From positions 362,848 to 426,847 of the forward strand of contig LBYD01000001.1 in NCBI GenBank assembly GCA_000995965.1: a stretch of DNA of 64,000 nucleotides, in the 5' to 3' direction. This document shows positions 49,189 through 60,069 of the stretch, piece after piece (position 1 is the stretch's first letter; every line of letters starts with the position of its first letter). The DNA is from Candidatus Moranbacteria bacterium GW2011_GWC2_40_12 (lineage in GTDB: Bacteria > Patescibacteriota > Minisyncoccia > Moranbacterales > UBA11712). A model generated the notes under the pieces. It had not been told where the DNA came from, did no database searches, and worked only from the letters and a program-made list of their open reading frames with translations. The translations under genes were made by a program, and so were the position numbers.

Positions 49189-49887
49189 CTATCGCACTTC
49201 CACTTTCCCAAAATACTTTTCGATATTTTTCGCTATTTTTTCCAAGTCCATTCTTTTGCCTTTCGTTTTTTTCTTGAGACGCGGATCAAGAATTTTTCCT
49301 TTGTCTTCAAACGCCTGCAAAACATATTTTTTCGCGCCTTCAAGCCACTTCCTAATACTCGCAAAATCGCTTTCTTTGTGCAAGCCAGGAACAACGGTAG
49401 TTCGAAATTCATAGTCAATTCCCGAATTTCGAATCAGATCAACGCTCAACCTAATACGCTCCAGATCTATTTTCGAATTCGCTGTCTTTTTATAACCTTC
49501 GAGGCTGTTCTTGATATCCATAGCCACAAAATCAAGCAATTTTTTGTCATATAAAAGCCTCAAAATATCCGGGCGGGAGCCGTTTGTGTCAAGCTTCACT
49601 TTGAATCCCAAGTCTTTAATTTTTCTAATAAATGGGATTATGTCCGGCTGAATAGTCGGCTCTCCACCTGTGATACAGACGCCCTCTAGCTTTCCTTTGC
49701 GCTGTTTTAGAAATTTAAAAAAGTCTCTTTCCATGACATTGGAAAGTGGAAATTGGAAATTGGAAATTATCAACTCAGGGTTGTGGCAAAAGGGACAGCG
49801 AAAATTGCAACCCACAGTAAAAACCGTCGCGGCGATATGGCCGGGAAAATCTATGAGAGTCAGTTTTTGCAATCCTCCGAGAATCAT
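49189..49887 (-). CDS. nrdG: Anaerobic RNR activating enzyme (radical SAM)
   Basis: CNFRCPFC, TGGEP, DTNG; downstream of nrdD. Confidence 0.93.
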   Translation of the reverse strand: MILGGLQKLTLIDFPGHIAATVFTVGCNFRCPFCHNPELIISNFQFPLSNVMERDFFKFLKQRKGKLEGVCITGGEPTIQPDIIPFIRKIKDLGFKVKLDTNGSRPDILRLLYDKKLLDFVAMDIKNSLEGYKKTANSKIDLERIRLSVDLIRNSGIDYEFRTTVVPGLHKESDFASIRKWLEGAKKYVLQAFEDKGKILDPRLKKKTKGKRMDLEKIAKNIEKYFGKVEVR

Positions 49888-50036
49888 AAATTAAAAAATT
49901 CTAAGAAACAAACTATACAAAATACCAAACAAACACACAGTTTTCAAACCCTACAAAACACAAAAGTTTGATTTTTTGTGATTTGTTATATTTGTGCTTT
50001 GTTTGGCATTTTGTGGCTTTGTATAGTTTGTATCTT

Positions 50037-52247
50037 TTATCCGACCACAAACTCTTTCCGGTCTCCATATTCCGTCGCTTTGCCCTTGTTCCATTGTTCC
50101 ACAGGGCGAATATAGCCGACGATTCGGGAATAGACCTCGCATTTTTGCTCCACGACGCATTTGGGGCAAAGCTGGTGCTCTCCGATCAGGTATCCGTGCG
50201 AAGGACAGATGCTGAAAGTCGGAGATAAGGTAAAATAAGGAAGAGCGTATTTTTCCGAAATGGTCTTCACCAGCTTTTTCGTCGTTTCGGCGTCCTGAAT
50301 CCGCTCGCCCATAAATCCATGAAGAACCGTTCCGCCGGTGTATTTCGTCTGAAGAGATTCCTGGAGATCAAGGGCTTCGAAAAAATCCTCGGTATGATTC
50401 ACCGGAAGCTGGGTGGAATTCGTGTAGTAGGGTTCAATTTTTTCATTTTCTCCGACCTGGCCGTTGGCAAAAATCATGTCGGGGTATTTCTTGCGGTCTT
50501 TTATGGCCAGCCTATAGGAAGTTCCTTCGCCAGGAGTCGCCTCAAGATTGTATAAATTTCCGGTTTCTTCCTGGTATTTTATAAGCTTATTCCTCATATA
50601 AACCAGGACTTCTTCGGCGAATTTGACTCCTTTTTCCGTCGCCGTGGTCTCGCCCATGAAATTTTTGAGGGCTTCGTTCATTCCAATCACTCCAATTGTC
50701 GAGAAATGGTTCGCCCAGTAGTTCCCCCGGCGCTTATAGATATTGTCCAGATAAAATCTCGCGTAAGGATAAAGCCCTTTTTTCATGAAGCTGTCGATGA
50801 TTTTCCTTTTCGTTTCGAGACTTTCTTTGGCAAGGTCCATTATCTTGTCCAGCCGGGCAAAGAAATCTTTTCTCTCTGCCCGTCCTGTGGCGCGGCCTTT
50901 CTGACCTTTTGCTTGGTTTTTTGACAAATATCCGATTCGAGCCAGATTAATTGTCACTACCCCGATTGAACCGGTAAGCGGATTGGCTCCGAAAAGCCCT
51001 CCGCCGCGCTTGTGAAGCTCGCGGTTATCGATCCTGAGGCGGCAGCACATGGAGCGCGCGTCGTCGGGATCCATGTCCGAGTTGATGAAGTTGGCAAAAT
51101 AAGGAATGCCGTATTTCGCCGTCATCTCCCAGACCGGTTTCAGATTTTCGTCGTTCCAGTCAAAATCGCGGGTGATGTTATAGGTTGGAATGGGAAAAGT
51201 GAAAACCCGTCCGCTGGCATCCCCTTCCGCCATCACTTCCGCGAAAGCCCGGTTGATCATGTTCATCTCTTCCTGGAATTCTCCGTACTTTTCCTTCTGC
51301 GGCACGCCTCCGACAATCACCGATTCTTCGATCATATTCTTCGGAGGGACGATATCCAGGGTTATGTTCGTAAAGGGAGTCTGGAACCCGACCCGGGTGG
51401 GAACGTTGACATTGAAAACAAATTCCTGCATGCATTGTTTGACCTCCTTGAAGGAAAGTCCGTCGTACCTGACAAACGGGGCCAGAAGCGTGTCGAAATT
51501 CGAAAAAGCCTCCGCGCCGGCCACTTCTCCCTGGAGCGTGTAGAAAAAATTTACCATCTGTCCGATAGCCGTCCTCAAATGCTTGGGTGGTTTGCAGGCA
51601 ATTTTTCCCGGAACACCGGTGAAACCCCGTCGGAGAAGATCCTGAAGGTCCCAGCCGCAGCAATATACAGCGATCTTGTCGAGATCATGGATGTGAAAGT
51701 CGCCTTCGTCGTGTGCGTCGCGGATCGCCTTGGAATATACCCGGTTGAGCCAATATTTCGAGCTGACAATGGAAGAAATATAATTATTGAGCCCCTGCAG
51801 GGAATAAGCCATATTGGCGTTTTCCTTGACCTGCCAGTCGATTTCCTGAATATATTTATCCACCAGATCGACTGCTTCTTTCAAGGCTTCTTCTGATTCG
51901 CGGATTTTGCGGTGCTGCTCGCGATAGAGGATATAGGCCTTGGCTGTTTCCTCGAAATCCAGGATCATAAGAACCCTTTCTACGAGATCCTGAATTTCTT
52001 CGATTTCGGGAACATTTCCCTTTTTGAAGTTTTTGTTGAGAAGCTGGACGACTTTCGAAGAAACTTTTTTGGCTTCCGCTTCTTTTCCTTCTCCTGTTTC
52101 CGCGAAAGCTTTGAGCACAGCCTTCGTGATTTTTTCCTGCTCAAATTTGACGACCCGCCCGTCGCGCTTCACCACGCGGTCGACCCGGTTTTTGAATTCC
52201 CCCGCCCCTTTTTTGACCATTTTCTGGCCTTTTTTTACCGCAATCAT
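50037..52247 (-). CDS. nrdD: Class III ribonucleoside-triphosphate reductase with ATP cone
   Basis: VVKRDG ATP cone, SMCCRL, CPSH...CPKC, RIVGY glycyl loop. Confidence 0.96.
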   Translation of the reverse strand: MIAVKKGQKMVKKGAGEFKNRVDRVVKRDGRVVKFEQEKITKAVLKAFAETGEGKEAEAKKVSSKVVQLLNKNFKKGNVPEIEEIQDLVERVLMILDFEETAKAYILYREQHRKIRESEEALKEAVDLVDKYIQEIDWQVKENANMAYSLQGLNNYISSIVSSKYWLNRVYSKAIRDAHDEGDFHIHDLDKIAVYCCGWDLQDLLRRGFTGVPGKIACKPPKHLRTAIGQMVNFFYTLQGEVAGAEAFSNFDTLLAPFVRYDGLSFKEVKQCMQEFVFNVNVPTRVGFQTPFTNITLDIVPPKNMIEESVIVGGVPQKEKYGEFQEEMNMINRAFAEVMAEGDASGRVFTFPIPTYNITRDFDWNDENLKPVWEMTAKYGIPYFANFINSDMDPDDARSMCCRLRIDNRELHKRGGGLFGANPLTGSIGVVTINLARIGYLSKNQAKGQKGRATGRAERKDFFARLDKIMDLAKESLETKRKIIDSFMKKGLYPYARFYLDNIYKRRGNYWANHFSTIGVIGMNEALKNFMGETTATEKGVKFAEEVLVYMRNKLIKYQEETGNLYNLEATPGEGTSYRLAIKDRKKYPDMIFANGQVGENEKIEPYYTNSTQLPVNHTEDFFEALDLQESLQTKYTGGTVLHGFMGERIQDAETTKKLVKTISEKYALPYFTLSPTFSICPSHGYLIGEHQLCPKCVVEQKCEVYSRIVGYIRPVEQWNKGKATEYGDRKEFVVG

Positions 52248-52401
52248 TTTTTTGTTTTCACCCCAAATTAATTAAGAATTTAGAATTGTGAATTTTGAAT
52301 TGGGAATAGGAAGATCGAATTAAGAATCCAGAGTTCTTCGAGATAAATTTTTCTAAATTCTATATTCTTGATTCCCATTCACAATTCACATTTCTCTATT
52401 C

Positions 52402-52854
52402 TCAATTCTGCGACAATTTCTCTGCTTCTTTTTTGAAGCTCTCGGCGCTGCCAAAGGATTTATAAACCGAAGCAAAGCGCAGATAGGCTACGTCATCGGC
52501 CGTTTTCAGTTTTTCGAGTACCAAACCTCCTATTTCCTTCGAGGATATTTCGCAATTCCCTTTTTGGTGCAGTCTATATTCAATCTCATCAACCATTTCG
52601 TCAATTTTTTTGTCGTCTACCGGCCTTTTCTCAAGCGCTTTTTTGAAGCCCATTTCAAGCTTTTCCCTTTTATAATCTTCCTTCCGACCATCTTTCTTCA
52701 CGACGACAAAATTGAGAAGTTCCAATTGTTCATACGTACTGAAGCGCTTCCGGCATTTCAAACATTCCCGCCGGCGCCGGATCACTTTTCCATCGCCGGA
52801 TTCCCGCGAGTCAATCACTTTTGTTTCGGGATGGGAACAGAAAGGACAAACCAT
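52402..52854 (-). CDS. nrdR: Transcriptional repressor NrdR
   Basis: CPFC, VIDSR, RRRRECLKC, AYLRFASVY. Confidence 0.97.
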   Translation of the reverse strand: MVCPFCSHPETKVIDSRESGDGKVIRRRRECLKCRKRFSTYEQLELLNFVVVKKDGRKEDYKREKLEMGFKKALEKRPVDDKKIDEMVDEIEYRLHQKGNCEISSKEIGGLVLEKLKTADDVAYLRFASVYKSFGSAESFKKEAEKLSQN

Positions 52855-52957
52855 ACAAATAATTCAAAAATCAAAATTTTTGTGTCCCGCAAGCAGGACG
52901 ATCTTTTTTGTTTAAATTTTGAGAATTAATAAGGGATATCCGCAAGGACCCCTTTTT

Positions 52958-52973
52958 ACACTATATCTTGTGT
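52958..52973. promoter_or_regulatory. NrdR box
   Basis: ACACTATATCTTGTGT fits acaCwAtATaTwGtgt, upstream of nrdRDG. Confidence 0.8.
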
Positions 52974-53041
52974 TTGTAGTACAAATTTTATCACAATTTA
53001 AAAAAGCCTGTCAAGAGGCTTTTTTACGGGAAAATTCCAGG

Positions 53042-53050
53042 TTATCCACA
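53042..53050 (+). promoter_or_regulatory. DnaA box upstream of nrd operon
   Basis: TTATCCACA exact. Confidence 0.6.
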
Positions 53051-53105
53051 ATTCAACATGCCAAACCCTGTGAAGCCATCGCATTCCTGATTCAACGGTG
53101 CTATC

Positions 53106-54332
53106 TTATTTTTTCATTTTTCTGCGGATAAAAGCCGGGATTTCAAGCTCTTCGTCCTCATCTTCCCCAATTGAGCTCACTTTTGATTCAAAACTTATTT
53201 TTCTTTTCGGCTTTGGGGCGACTTTTTCTTCAATGATATACTTTGATTTTTCTTCTCCGATTCCAAAATCCGTCAAAGCCTCTTCCCCGAGAGTTGTTTT
53301 TTTCGTTTCTTGAATAGGGCTCCTTGCAGCCACACTTGTTGGGGTGACGACAGCAGCAGAAGATTCGCCCACAGCATCCGAATCAAAGCCGGCAGCGATA
53401 ACTGTGAGATTCAACTCTCCTTTTTTCGCTGATTCATCAATCGTTGCTCCGAAAATAACTTTGGCGTTTGGATCAATGCTTTCAGTGATGATATTGGCCG
53501 CTTCGTTTATTTCAAGCATTGTCATATCCGGTCCACCATGGACATTGAAGAGGATTCCCTTGGCACCGTCAATCGAAAATTCAAGAAGCGGGCTGTTGAT
53601 AGCCATTTTGGCCGCTTGAGCCGCCCTGTTCTCGCCACTGGCAGTCCCGATTCCCATGAGGGCGCTTCCGGCATCTTGAAGAACCGTCCTAACGTCGGCA
53701 AAATCAACATTCACTATTCCAGGTTTGGTAATAAGATCCGAGATGCCCTGAACGCCTTGCCGCAATACATCATCAACGACCCTAAAAGCATTTACCAAGG
53801 TTGTTTTCCGGTCAATAATTTGAAGAAGTCGATCATTGGGAATGACAATCAGCGCGTCTACCCTGTCCTTCAGATTTTCCATTCCTTCTAAAGCGATGGC
53901 TTTTCTCTGGGCTCCCTCAAAGCCGAAAGGTTTCGTGACAACGGCGATGGTTAGCGCGCCAGCTTCTTTTGCCGCTTCAGCCACAATCGGAGAGGCTCCG
54001 GTTCCGGTTCCTCCGCCCAAGCCGCAAGTGACAAAAACCATGTCGGCCCCTTTCAAGACCTCGTGAATCTCGTCACGGTTCTCTTCAGCAGCTTGGCGAC
54101 CGATTTCCGGATTCATTCCAGCTCCAAGACCTTTGGTAAGATTTTTCCCAATATGTATTTTATCCGATGCCTTCGAATGGTGCAGGGCCTGGGCATCGGT
54201 GTTTATCGCCACAAATTCCACTCCCTTGAGCTTGCATTCGATCATCCGGCTGATTGCATTGGTGCCTGATCCGCCAACGCCGACTACTTTGATTCGGGCA
54301 AATGTTTCTACGTCTGGTTTTACTTCGGCCAT
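53106..54332 (-). CDS. ftsZ: Cell division protein FtsZ
   Basis: [21 protein letters not shown]. Confidence 0.99.
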   Translation of the reverse strand: MAEVKPDVETFARIKVVGVGGSGTNAISRMIECKLKGVEFVAINTDAQALHHSKASDKIHIGKNLTKGLGAGMNPEIGRQAAEENRDEIHEVLKGADMVFVTCGLGGGTGTGASPIVAEAAKEAGALTIAVVTKPFGFEGAQRKAIALEGMENLKDRVDALIVIPNDRLLQIIDRKTTLVNAFRVVDDVLRQGVQGISDLITKPGIVNVDFADVRTVLQDAGSALMGIGTASGENRAAQAAKMAINSPLLEFSIDGAKGILFNVHGGPDMTMLEINEAANIITESIDPNAKVIFGATIDESAKKGELNLTVIAAGFDSDAVGESSAAVVTPTSVAARSPIQETKKTTLGEEALTDFGIGEEKSKYIIEEKVAPKPKRKISFESKVSSIGEDEDEELEIPAFIRRKMKK

Positions 54333-54587
54333 AAAGTTATTTTATAAAGACTAAACAAGCCATAATAAGCTAGTAAAACAATGTAGCATAGGCTTGTTTT
54401 AGGTGTCAAGAACTTAACAAACTTAAAACTCAAAACTGAGAGCGAAAAGCCACGGCGTAAAAACTAAACTGACTTTGTATTCAGTTTTGAGCGGTAGCTT
54501 TGGCCTGGCGCTTTTCGTTTTGAGCTTAAATTTATTTTTTGATTTTGTTTTTATTCTATCCCGAAAAAATTGAAAATAAAAGAAAAA

Positions 54588-55850
54588 TCACGGTAAAAAT
54601 TTTTTGAGCCATCCTCTCATTTTATCCACCGTGTGGCCGATCTTCGGAAGGCCGTCAATCGCCGGCAACTTTGTGCGGTAGGCATTTGGCGAGCTCATTG
54701 CCGCTTCTTCGGCTCCCCAAAGAGCCAGGCCCACGGCTGTCACAAATCCCGGCTCGTCAACTTTGTCAACTATCCCACTTAGCTCCATGGGAAAACCGGT
54801 TTGAGCCGGCAAGCGCAGAATTTTTTTAGCAAGATCCACCACTCCGGGAAGTTTGGCTCCGCCTCCGACAATAACCGCTCCCGCCGGAAGCATTCCCGAG
54901 CGGCCGGTCTTCCGAAGCTCCTTGTCAATCATTGTGAAAATCTCTTCCAGCCGCGCTTCGACAATCTCTGCGACATGATGGCGCGAAATTTCCCCTTCTT
55001 CGTTTTGGTCGATTTCAGACAGGCTTATCTGGTCTTTTTTTCCAATTTCATCCGGAAGAGCGGACCCATAATTCACTTTCACTTTTTCGGCAACATCAAT
55101 TGAAGTGCGAAGGCCGATTGCGATATCGTTTGTGATGTGGCTGCTTCCGATCGAAACTACTCCAATCTGAACCAGATCTCCTTCTTCATAAACCGCAAAA
55201 CTGGTTGTTCCTCCGCCCAAGTCCACCAGAATCGCCCCCAGTTCTTTCTGTCTCTTATTGAGAGCCGCTTTCGAAGCTGCCAAAGCCGAAAAAACCATAT
55301 CTTCGACTTCAACCCCGGCCTGATAGATGCACTTGGAAAGATTTTTTACGACGGGAGAGGATCCGAGGACCAGCATCGCGTTCACTTCAAGCCTGATTCC
55401 GTTCATCCCAAGCGGATCCTTGATGCCTTTTTGTTCATCCACGGAAAAATAACGCGGAATCACGTGAATTATTTCGGTGTTCGAAGGAAGCGAAATTGTT
55501 TCCGCCGCCGTAAGAGACCGCATGATATCGTCCCCGGTAATCTCCCCATCCGCTTTAGCGATAGCCACCACCCCTTGGCTTTCCTGATATTTGATATGGT
55601 TGCCGCCAATGCTCACAATAGCTTTTCCGACCGGAATCCCCGACGTGCGTTCGGCATTTTTCACCGCCTCGCTGATCGATTTCACTGTTTCCTCGACATC
55701 GGCCACTACTCCCCGGCGTATGCCAAAAGAAGAAGCTGTGCCAACTCCCATTACGCGAAGCTTTTCCTCTTCTTCAAATTTTTGGAGAATCACGGCCCGG
55801 ACATTCGAAGATCCGACATCAAGACCGATTATGGTTGTTCCTTTGCTCAT
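54588..55850 (-). CDS. ftsA: Cell division protein FtsA
   Basis: GLDVGSS, DLGGGTT, ITNDIA; adjacent to ftsZ. Confidence 0.97.
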   Translation of the reverse strand: MSKGTTIIGLDVGSSNVRAVILQKFEEEEKLRVMGVGTASSFGIRRGVVADVEETVKSISEAVKNAERTSGIPVGKAIVSIGGNHIKYQESQGVVAIAKADGEITGDDIMRSLTAAETISLPSNTEIIHVIPRYFSVDEQKGIKDPLGMNGIRLEVNAMLVLGSSPVVKNLSKCIYQAGVEVEDMVFSALAASKAALNKRQKELGAILVDLGGGTTSFAVYEEGDLVQIGVVSIGSSHITNDIAIGLRTSIDVAEKVKVNYGSALPDEIGKKDQISLSEIDQNEEGEISRHHVAEIVEARLEEIFTMIDKELRKTGRSGMLPAGAVIVGGGAKLPGVVDLAKKILRLPAQTGFPMELSGIVDKVDEPGFVTAVGLALWGAEEAAMSSPNAYRTKLPAIDGLPKIGHTVDKMRGWLKKFLP

Positions 55851-55883
55851 GAAATATACCAAAATTATACAGGAAAACTCAAA

Positions 55884-56255
55884 TCACTGCAAAAATAAGT
55901 CCTTTATATAAGGGTAGAAAATTATCGTCCCGATGACAACCGCACCGATGGAAGCAATAAGCACCGCCGCGGCCATAACATCCTTTATCAGCTGGGCATA
56001 GGGATGCATCCGGGGCTTCAGAATATCCACTACCCTCTCAAGGATGGTGTTGATGAGTTCCACCGCTAAGACAGAAAAAATAACGAGGAAGAGAGCCACT
56101 TTTTGCCAATCCCGAATTTCGAAAATGAGCATCAAGATAACAATGAAAATAGCAATCAGGATTTCAAGCTGAAAGTTCTGCTCGTTTTTGAGAACATATT
56201 TGAGTCCCCGAAAAGCGTGCTGAAAACTGCGATATAATTTTCTGAGATTATCCAC
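55884..56255 (-). CDS. dgkA: Diacylglycerol/undecaprenol kinase family
   Basis: SFQHAFRG, EQNF, ELINTILERVVD, KDVMAAAV. Confidence 0.9.
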   Translation of the reverse strand: MDNLRKLYRSFQHAFRGLKYVLKNEQNFQLEILIAIFIVILMLIFEIRDWQKVALFLVIFSVLAVELINTILERVVDILKPRMHPYAQLIKDVMAAAVLIASIGAVVIGTIIFYPYIKDLFLQ

Positions 56256-56364
56256 GTTGAAAATTTAAAATGCAAAAATCAAAAATAAAAATGACAATTC
56301 AAAATGTAAAATTAGTAAATTTCAAAATAATCTTTGGCATTTGTTAATTTTGAACTTTACATTG

Positions 56365-56790
56365 TCATTTTGCATTTTGATATTTGAATTTTGAACTAAC
56401 TGTGTCTTGCAACTCATACATCTTCTTCCCATGCCGGAATCCCAAAAGATGCAAAACGCCGTGCGACAAAACAAAAGCGAGTTCTTTCCTGAAAGACACT
56501 TTGTTCTCCTTGGCTGATTTCTCAATCAACTCCGGGCACAAAAACAATTCGCCTTCTCCCTTTCCTTTATTATACCCTAAAGAATAATCGAAGGAAAGTA
56601 TGTCTGTCGCTTTGTCAATTTTCCGGTATTTTCGGTTCATTTCCCGAATTTGAACCTTGTCCAAAAAAACAACTGAAACAGAAAAAGCCGCTGCCTTTTT
56701 TCCGGAAGCGGTCAGCGTTTTTCTCACGACCTTTTCGACAAAAGATTTTTCGATTCTTTTTTTTGTTTTGCGGAAAATTTCGATTTCCAT
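56365..56790 (-). CDS. ybeY: rRNA maturation RNase YbeY
   Basis: TDILSF, HGVLHLLGFRH. Confidence 0.93.
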   Translation of the reverse strand: MEIEIFRKTKKRIEKSFVEKVVRKTLTASGKKAAAFSVSVVFLDKVQIREMNRKYRKIDKATDILSFDYSLGYNKGKGEGELFLCPELIEKSAKENKVSFRKELAFVLSHGVLHLLGFRHGKKMYELQDTVSSKFKYQNAK

Positions 56791-56793
56791 TAG

Positions 56794-57261
56794 CTAGGAT
56801 TGAGGCGAAGAAAGTTTTTCATCAATGATTTTTTTGACGAGACTGCCATCGGCTTTGTCCTGAAGTGCTTTCATTACCGCGCCCATCAGCTTCCCGAAGC
56901 CGGACTTATCAGAAACTCCAAGCTCCCCAGCCTTCGCCTCGATAATTTTTCTCACCTCGTTTTCTCCCATTTGGGCCGGAAGGTAGTTTTCCAAAACAGC
57001 CAGCTCTTTTTTTTCTTTTTCGGCGAGCTCCGTTCGGCCGCCTTTTTCATATTGGCCGATTGAATCTTTTCTTTGCCTCGTCTGGCGTTTCAGCACCGAA
57101 ATGATATCTTCGTCGGGAAGATATTTTTCGCCTTGCGCCTTTTTTTCGATCTGAAAATTTTTGATCGCTGAAATCAGGAAGCGCAAAACTCCCGCCTTTT
57201 CCTTTTCACCGGATTTGAGTGCCGACCTGAGATCAGCTTCGATTTGTTCGTGCAAAATCAT
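56794..57261 (-). CDS. GatB/YqeY domain protein
   Basis: QRKDSI..Y..GGR, YLPAQM, GKLMG, ADG. Confidence 0.92.
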   Translation of the reverse strand: MILHEQIEADLRSALKSGEKEKAGVLRFLISAIKNFQIEKKAQGEKYLPDEDIISVLKRQTRQRKDSIGQYEKGGRTELAEKEKKELAVLENYLPAQMGENEVRKIIEAKAGELGVSDKSGFGKLMGAVMKALQDKADGSLVKKIIDEKLSSPQS

Positions 57262-57341
57262 AACATATGGAACCCGTAACACGCGCAAGAAAAAAAATAT
57301 TTTTTCTCGGGTCATGTTTCGCGCGGCAAGTAATGTTATTT

Positions 57342-57596
57342 TTATCCTTCCATTTTTCTCTTCACTCTCTTGAGCGATTCCTCATCAAATTTGCCCATTT
57401 TCTTGAGCTTATCTACTTCCTTTTTCACTTTTGCCCGATATTGGGCAGATTCCCTTGTTTGCCGCCGACTTTTCGGTTTGGCATAAAATCTTCCCTTCCT
57501 GGCCGAAAGCAAAACGCCGCTCTGCTGAACGCGGCGGGAAAAGCGCCTGATCAGCGCTTCGGATGTTTCCCGGTCCTTCTTTTTTACTTCAATCAT
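57342..57596 (-). CDS. rpsU: 30S ribosomal protein S21
   Basis: ETSEALIRRFSR, FYAKPKS; next to yqeY. Confidence 0.8.
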   Translation of the reverse strand: MIEVKKKDRETSEALIRRFSRRVQQSGVLLSARKGRFYAKPKSRRQTRESAQYRAKVKKEVDKLKKMGKFDEESLKRVKRKMEG

Positions 57597-57611
57597 AAAA
57601 ATACCTCCCCT

Positions 57612-57956
57612 CTAAATTGGTTCTATTGATTCTCTCAACTTCGCTCCTCCGATGAGATGGAGATGAATGTGTCTTACTTCCTGCCCCCCATATTCTCCGA
57701 CGCGAAAGAGCAGCTTATATCCGTTTTTTGAAATTTTCAGATCCTCAGCGATTTTTTTGGCAACCAGGATCATCCGGCCCATCAGTTTTTCGTCTTTTTC
57801 CGAAATATCCGCGACGCTTTCGATATGTTTTTTGGGTATCACCAAAACATGCACCGGAGCAATCGGACGCGCATCGCGGAAAGCGACGACGAGATCGTCT
57901 TCATAGAGAAATTCAGTGGGAATTTCACGGCTAACTATTTTGCAAAAAATACACAT
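57612..57956 (-). CDS. HIT family nucleotide-binding protein
   Basis: CIFCKI, HIHLH. Confidence 0.95.
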   Translation of the reverse strand: MCIFCKIVSREIPTEFLYEDDLVVAFRDARPIAPVHVLVIPKKHIESVADISEKDEKLMGRMILVAKKIAEDLKISKNGYKLLFRVGEYGGQEVRHIHLHLIGGAKLRESIEPI

Positions 57957-57959
57957 AAG

Positions 57960-59309
57960 TTATTTCTTCAGCCTCCTCTTTATCTCATCTATTACTTTCC
58001 CGGCGTCAATAATTTCCTGATTGCCGCTCGCCATGTCTTTCACAATCACCGTCTGGTCAATTGCTTCCTTTTGGCCGAGGATAAGCGTGATCTCAACGCC
58101 GAGGCGATCCGCCACTTTGAGCTGGGATTTGAGACTGCCTCTTCCAAAACTCTCTGCCACCCTGATCCCCGAGCGTTCCAGCCCTTCGAACATCTTAAGG
58201 CTTTTTTTCTTCGCAAAAACTCCAAGTTGCGCCAAAAAAACTCGCGGTTTCGGCTCTTTGTATATCCTGGCTCCCAGTTTTTTCATTTCGGCCGCCAGCC
58301 GGTCAAGACCCAGGCTGAAACCCACCGCCGGAGTATTTTCTCCTCCCAGCATTTTCACTAACCCATCATACCTGCCGCCGCCGCCAAGAGCATTTTTTCT
58401 TTTTTCTTCACCGCTTTCCGAAACGGACATGAATTCAAAAACCGTTTTCGTATAATAATCAAGCCCCCTCACGAGATTCGAATCCAGTTCGAACGGAATT
58501 TCGAGCTCCTCAAGATATTCCAGAAGCTCTTTGAAATGTGTCCGACATTCTTCACAAAGATGGTCTATCGACTGGGGCGCGCTTGCCCTCACTTGGACGC
58601 ATTTGTCCTCTTTGCAATCCAGAATCCGGAGAGGATTCGTTTCCAGCCTTCGCTTGCAATCTATGCAAAGTTTTTGTTTTTTCGATTCAAAATAATGAAT
58701 AAGAAGGTTCCGGTAGCTTTTTCGGCACGAGGGACAGCCGATGCTATTGACATTGACCCGGACGTTTTTTATCCCAAGCTGATAGATCACCCGCCAGCCC
58801 ATCTGGATCATTTGGGCGTCTATGACCGGATCCTGTTCCCCCAAGGCTTCACACCCGAACTGGAAAAATTCCCGGAATCTTCCTTCCTGCGGACGGTCGT
58901 AGCGATAGCAGGGGCCAGTGTAGTACAGTTTCACGGGCTTGGGAGACACATGCATGCCATGCTGTATATAGGCCCGGGCGATTCCGGCTGTGAATTCGGG
59001 CCGGAGCGACACTTTTTCGCCCCCTTTGGTCGAGAAAGAATACATTTCTTTGTCGATAATGTCCGTTCCCTCTCCGATGCTCCTTGAAAAAATGTTGGTG
59101 AATTCCACCAATGGAACATCAATCCGCCGATAACCGAAATCGGCCGCCGCTTTTTCGCTCACCCGCCGGACTTGCTGCCAATAAATCTGGTCAGCAGGCA
59201 AAATATCCCTCATCCCGCGCGGAGACTGGAGAAGCAGCTCTTCCTTCTCCGGTTTTGCAGCTTTTATCTTCCGTATTGATTTTTTCGAGATTTTTTTCTG
59301 GCGAGGCAT
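57960..59309 (-). CDS. hisS: Histidine--tRNA ligase
   Basis: PRGMRD, LRPEFT, RPQEGRFREF, LVRGLDYY, GGGRYD. Confidence 0.98.
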   Translation of the reverse strand: MPRQKKISKKSIRKIKAAKPEKEELLLQSPRGMRDILPADQIYWQQVRRVSEKAAADFGYRRIDVPLVEFTNIFSRSIGEGTDIIDKEMYSFSTKGGEKVSLRPEFTAGIARAYIQHGMHVSPKPVKLYYTGPCYRYDRPQEGRFREFFQFGCEALGEQDPVIDAQMIQMGWRVIYQLGIKNVRVNVNSIGCPSCRKSYRNLLIHYFESKKQKLCIDCKRRLETNPLRILDCKEDKCVQVRASAPQSIDHLCEECRTHFKELLEYLEELEIPFELDSNLVRGLDYYTKTVFEFMSVSESGEEKRKNALGGGGRYDGLVKMLGGENTPAVGFSLGLDRLAAEMKKLGARIYKEPKPRVFLAQLGVFAKKKSLKMFEGLERSGIRVAESFGRGSLKSQLKVADRLGVEITLILGQKEAIDQTVIVKDMASGNQEIIDAGKVIDEIKRRLKK

Positions 59310-59439
59310 TATTTTGAATTTAGAATTGAGAATTTTGAATTGTGAATGGGAATATGGAATGAAGAATGTAGAATTATTTTAACTCAGAATTCTAAATTCT
59401 AGATTCTCATTCTCAATTCCAAATTCCAAATTCACAATT

Positions 59440-60069
59440 CTAAAAAAGCTGCGCTTTTTTGAAAGGCCAAGCCCGGAGAAGCACTTTTCCGACCACATCC
59501 TTCTCAGGCACCGGCCCCCAGGAACGGGAATCAGAGCTGTAGTTCCGGTTGTCACCCAGCACGAAATATTCCGTTCCAGAAAGCAGGACGGACTGATCTC
59601 CGGAAGTTTCAACGCTCGGGGGAAGATACATGCTTTCGTCGAGAACAAATCCCTCCGGATTTTGGGAGTTATATATCGTCACATTTTTATCCCTGATTTC
59701 AATTTTCTCTCCCGGAAGGCCGATGACGCGCTTGATATAATACACTGACGGATTTTTCGGATAGCGGAAAACGACGACATCCCCGCGCCGGAATTCCTTA
59801 AAGGATTTCACGGTGAAAAGATTGATTCCCTTTTCGCCGTACGCGAATCCGACATTGGTTGTTTTGTATCCCAATTCATTGATAATGAGATATTCCTTGT
59901 CTTCAAAATTCGGCTCCATAGATGCTCCCTGCACAAAAAATGGCTGGATCAGAAACACCCTCAAAGGGACGATGATTACAATTACCCAAAATACCATTTT
60001 CACGAGTTCCCAGATTATTCCGCCGACTCCGGATTCTTCCGGTTGTGAGTTGTTTTTTTCTTCAATCAT
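59440..60069 (-). CDS. lepB: Signal peptidase I
   Basis: GASMEP, YIKRVIGLPGE, GDNR..SSDSR.WG. Confidence 0.96.
   Translation of the reverse strand: MIEEKNNSQPEESGVGGIIWELVKMVFWVIVIIVPLRVFLIQPFFVQGASMEPNFEDKEYLIINELGYKTTNVGFAYGEKGINLFTVKSFKEFRRGDVVVFRYPKNPSVYYIKRVIGLPGEKIEIRDKNVTIYNSQNPEGFVLDESMYLPPSVETSGDQSVLLSGTEYFVLGDNRNYSSDSRSWGPVPEKDVVGKVLLRAWPFKKAQLF

Noticed and set aside
32944-53050. oriC from DnaA boxes
   Set aside because: Three isolated single boxes, not clustered, and no dnaA nearby.
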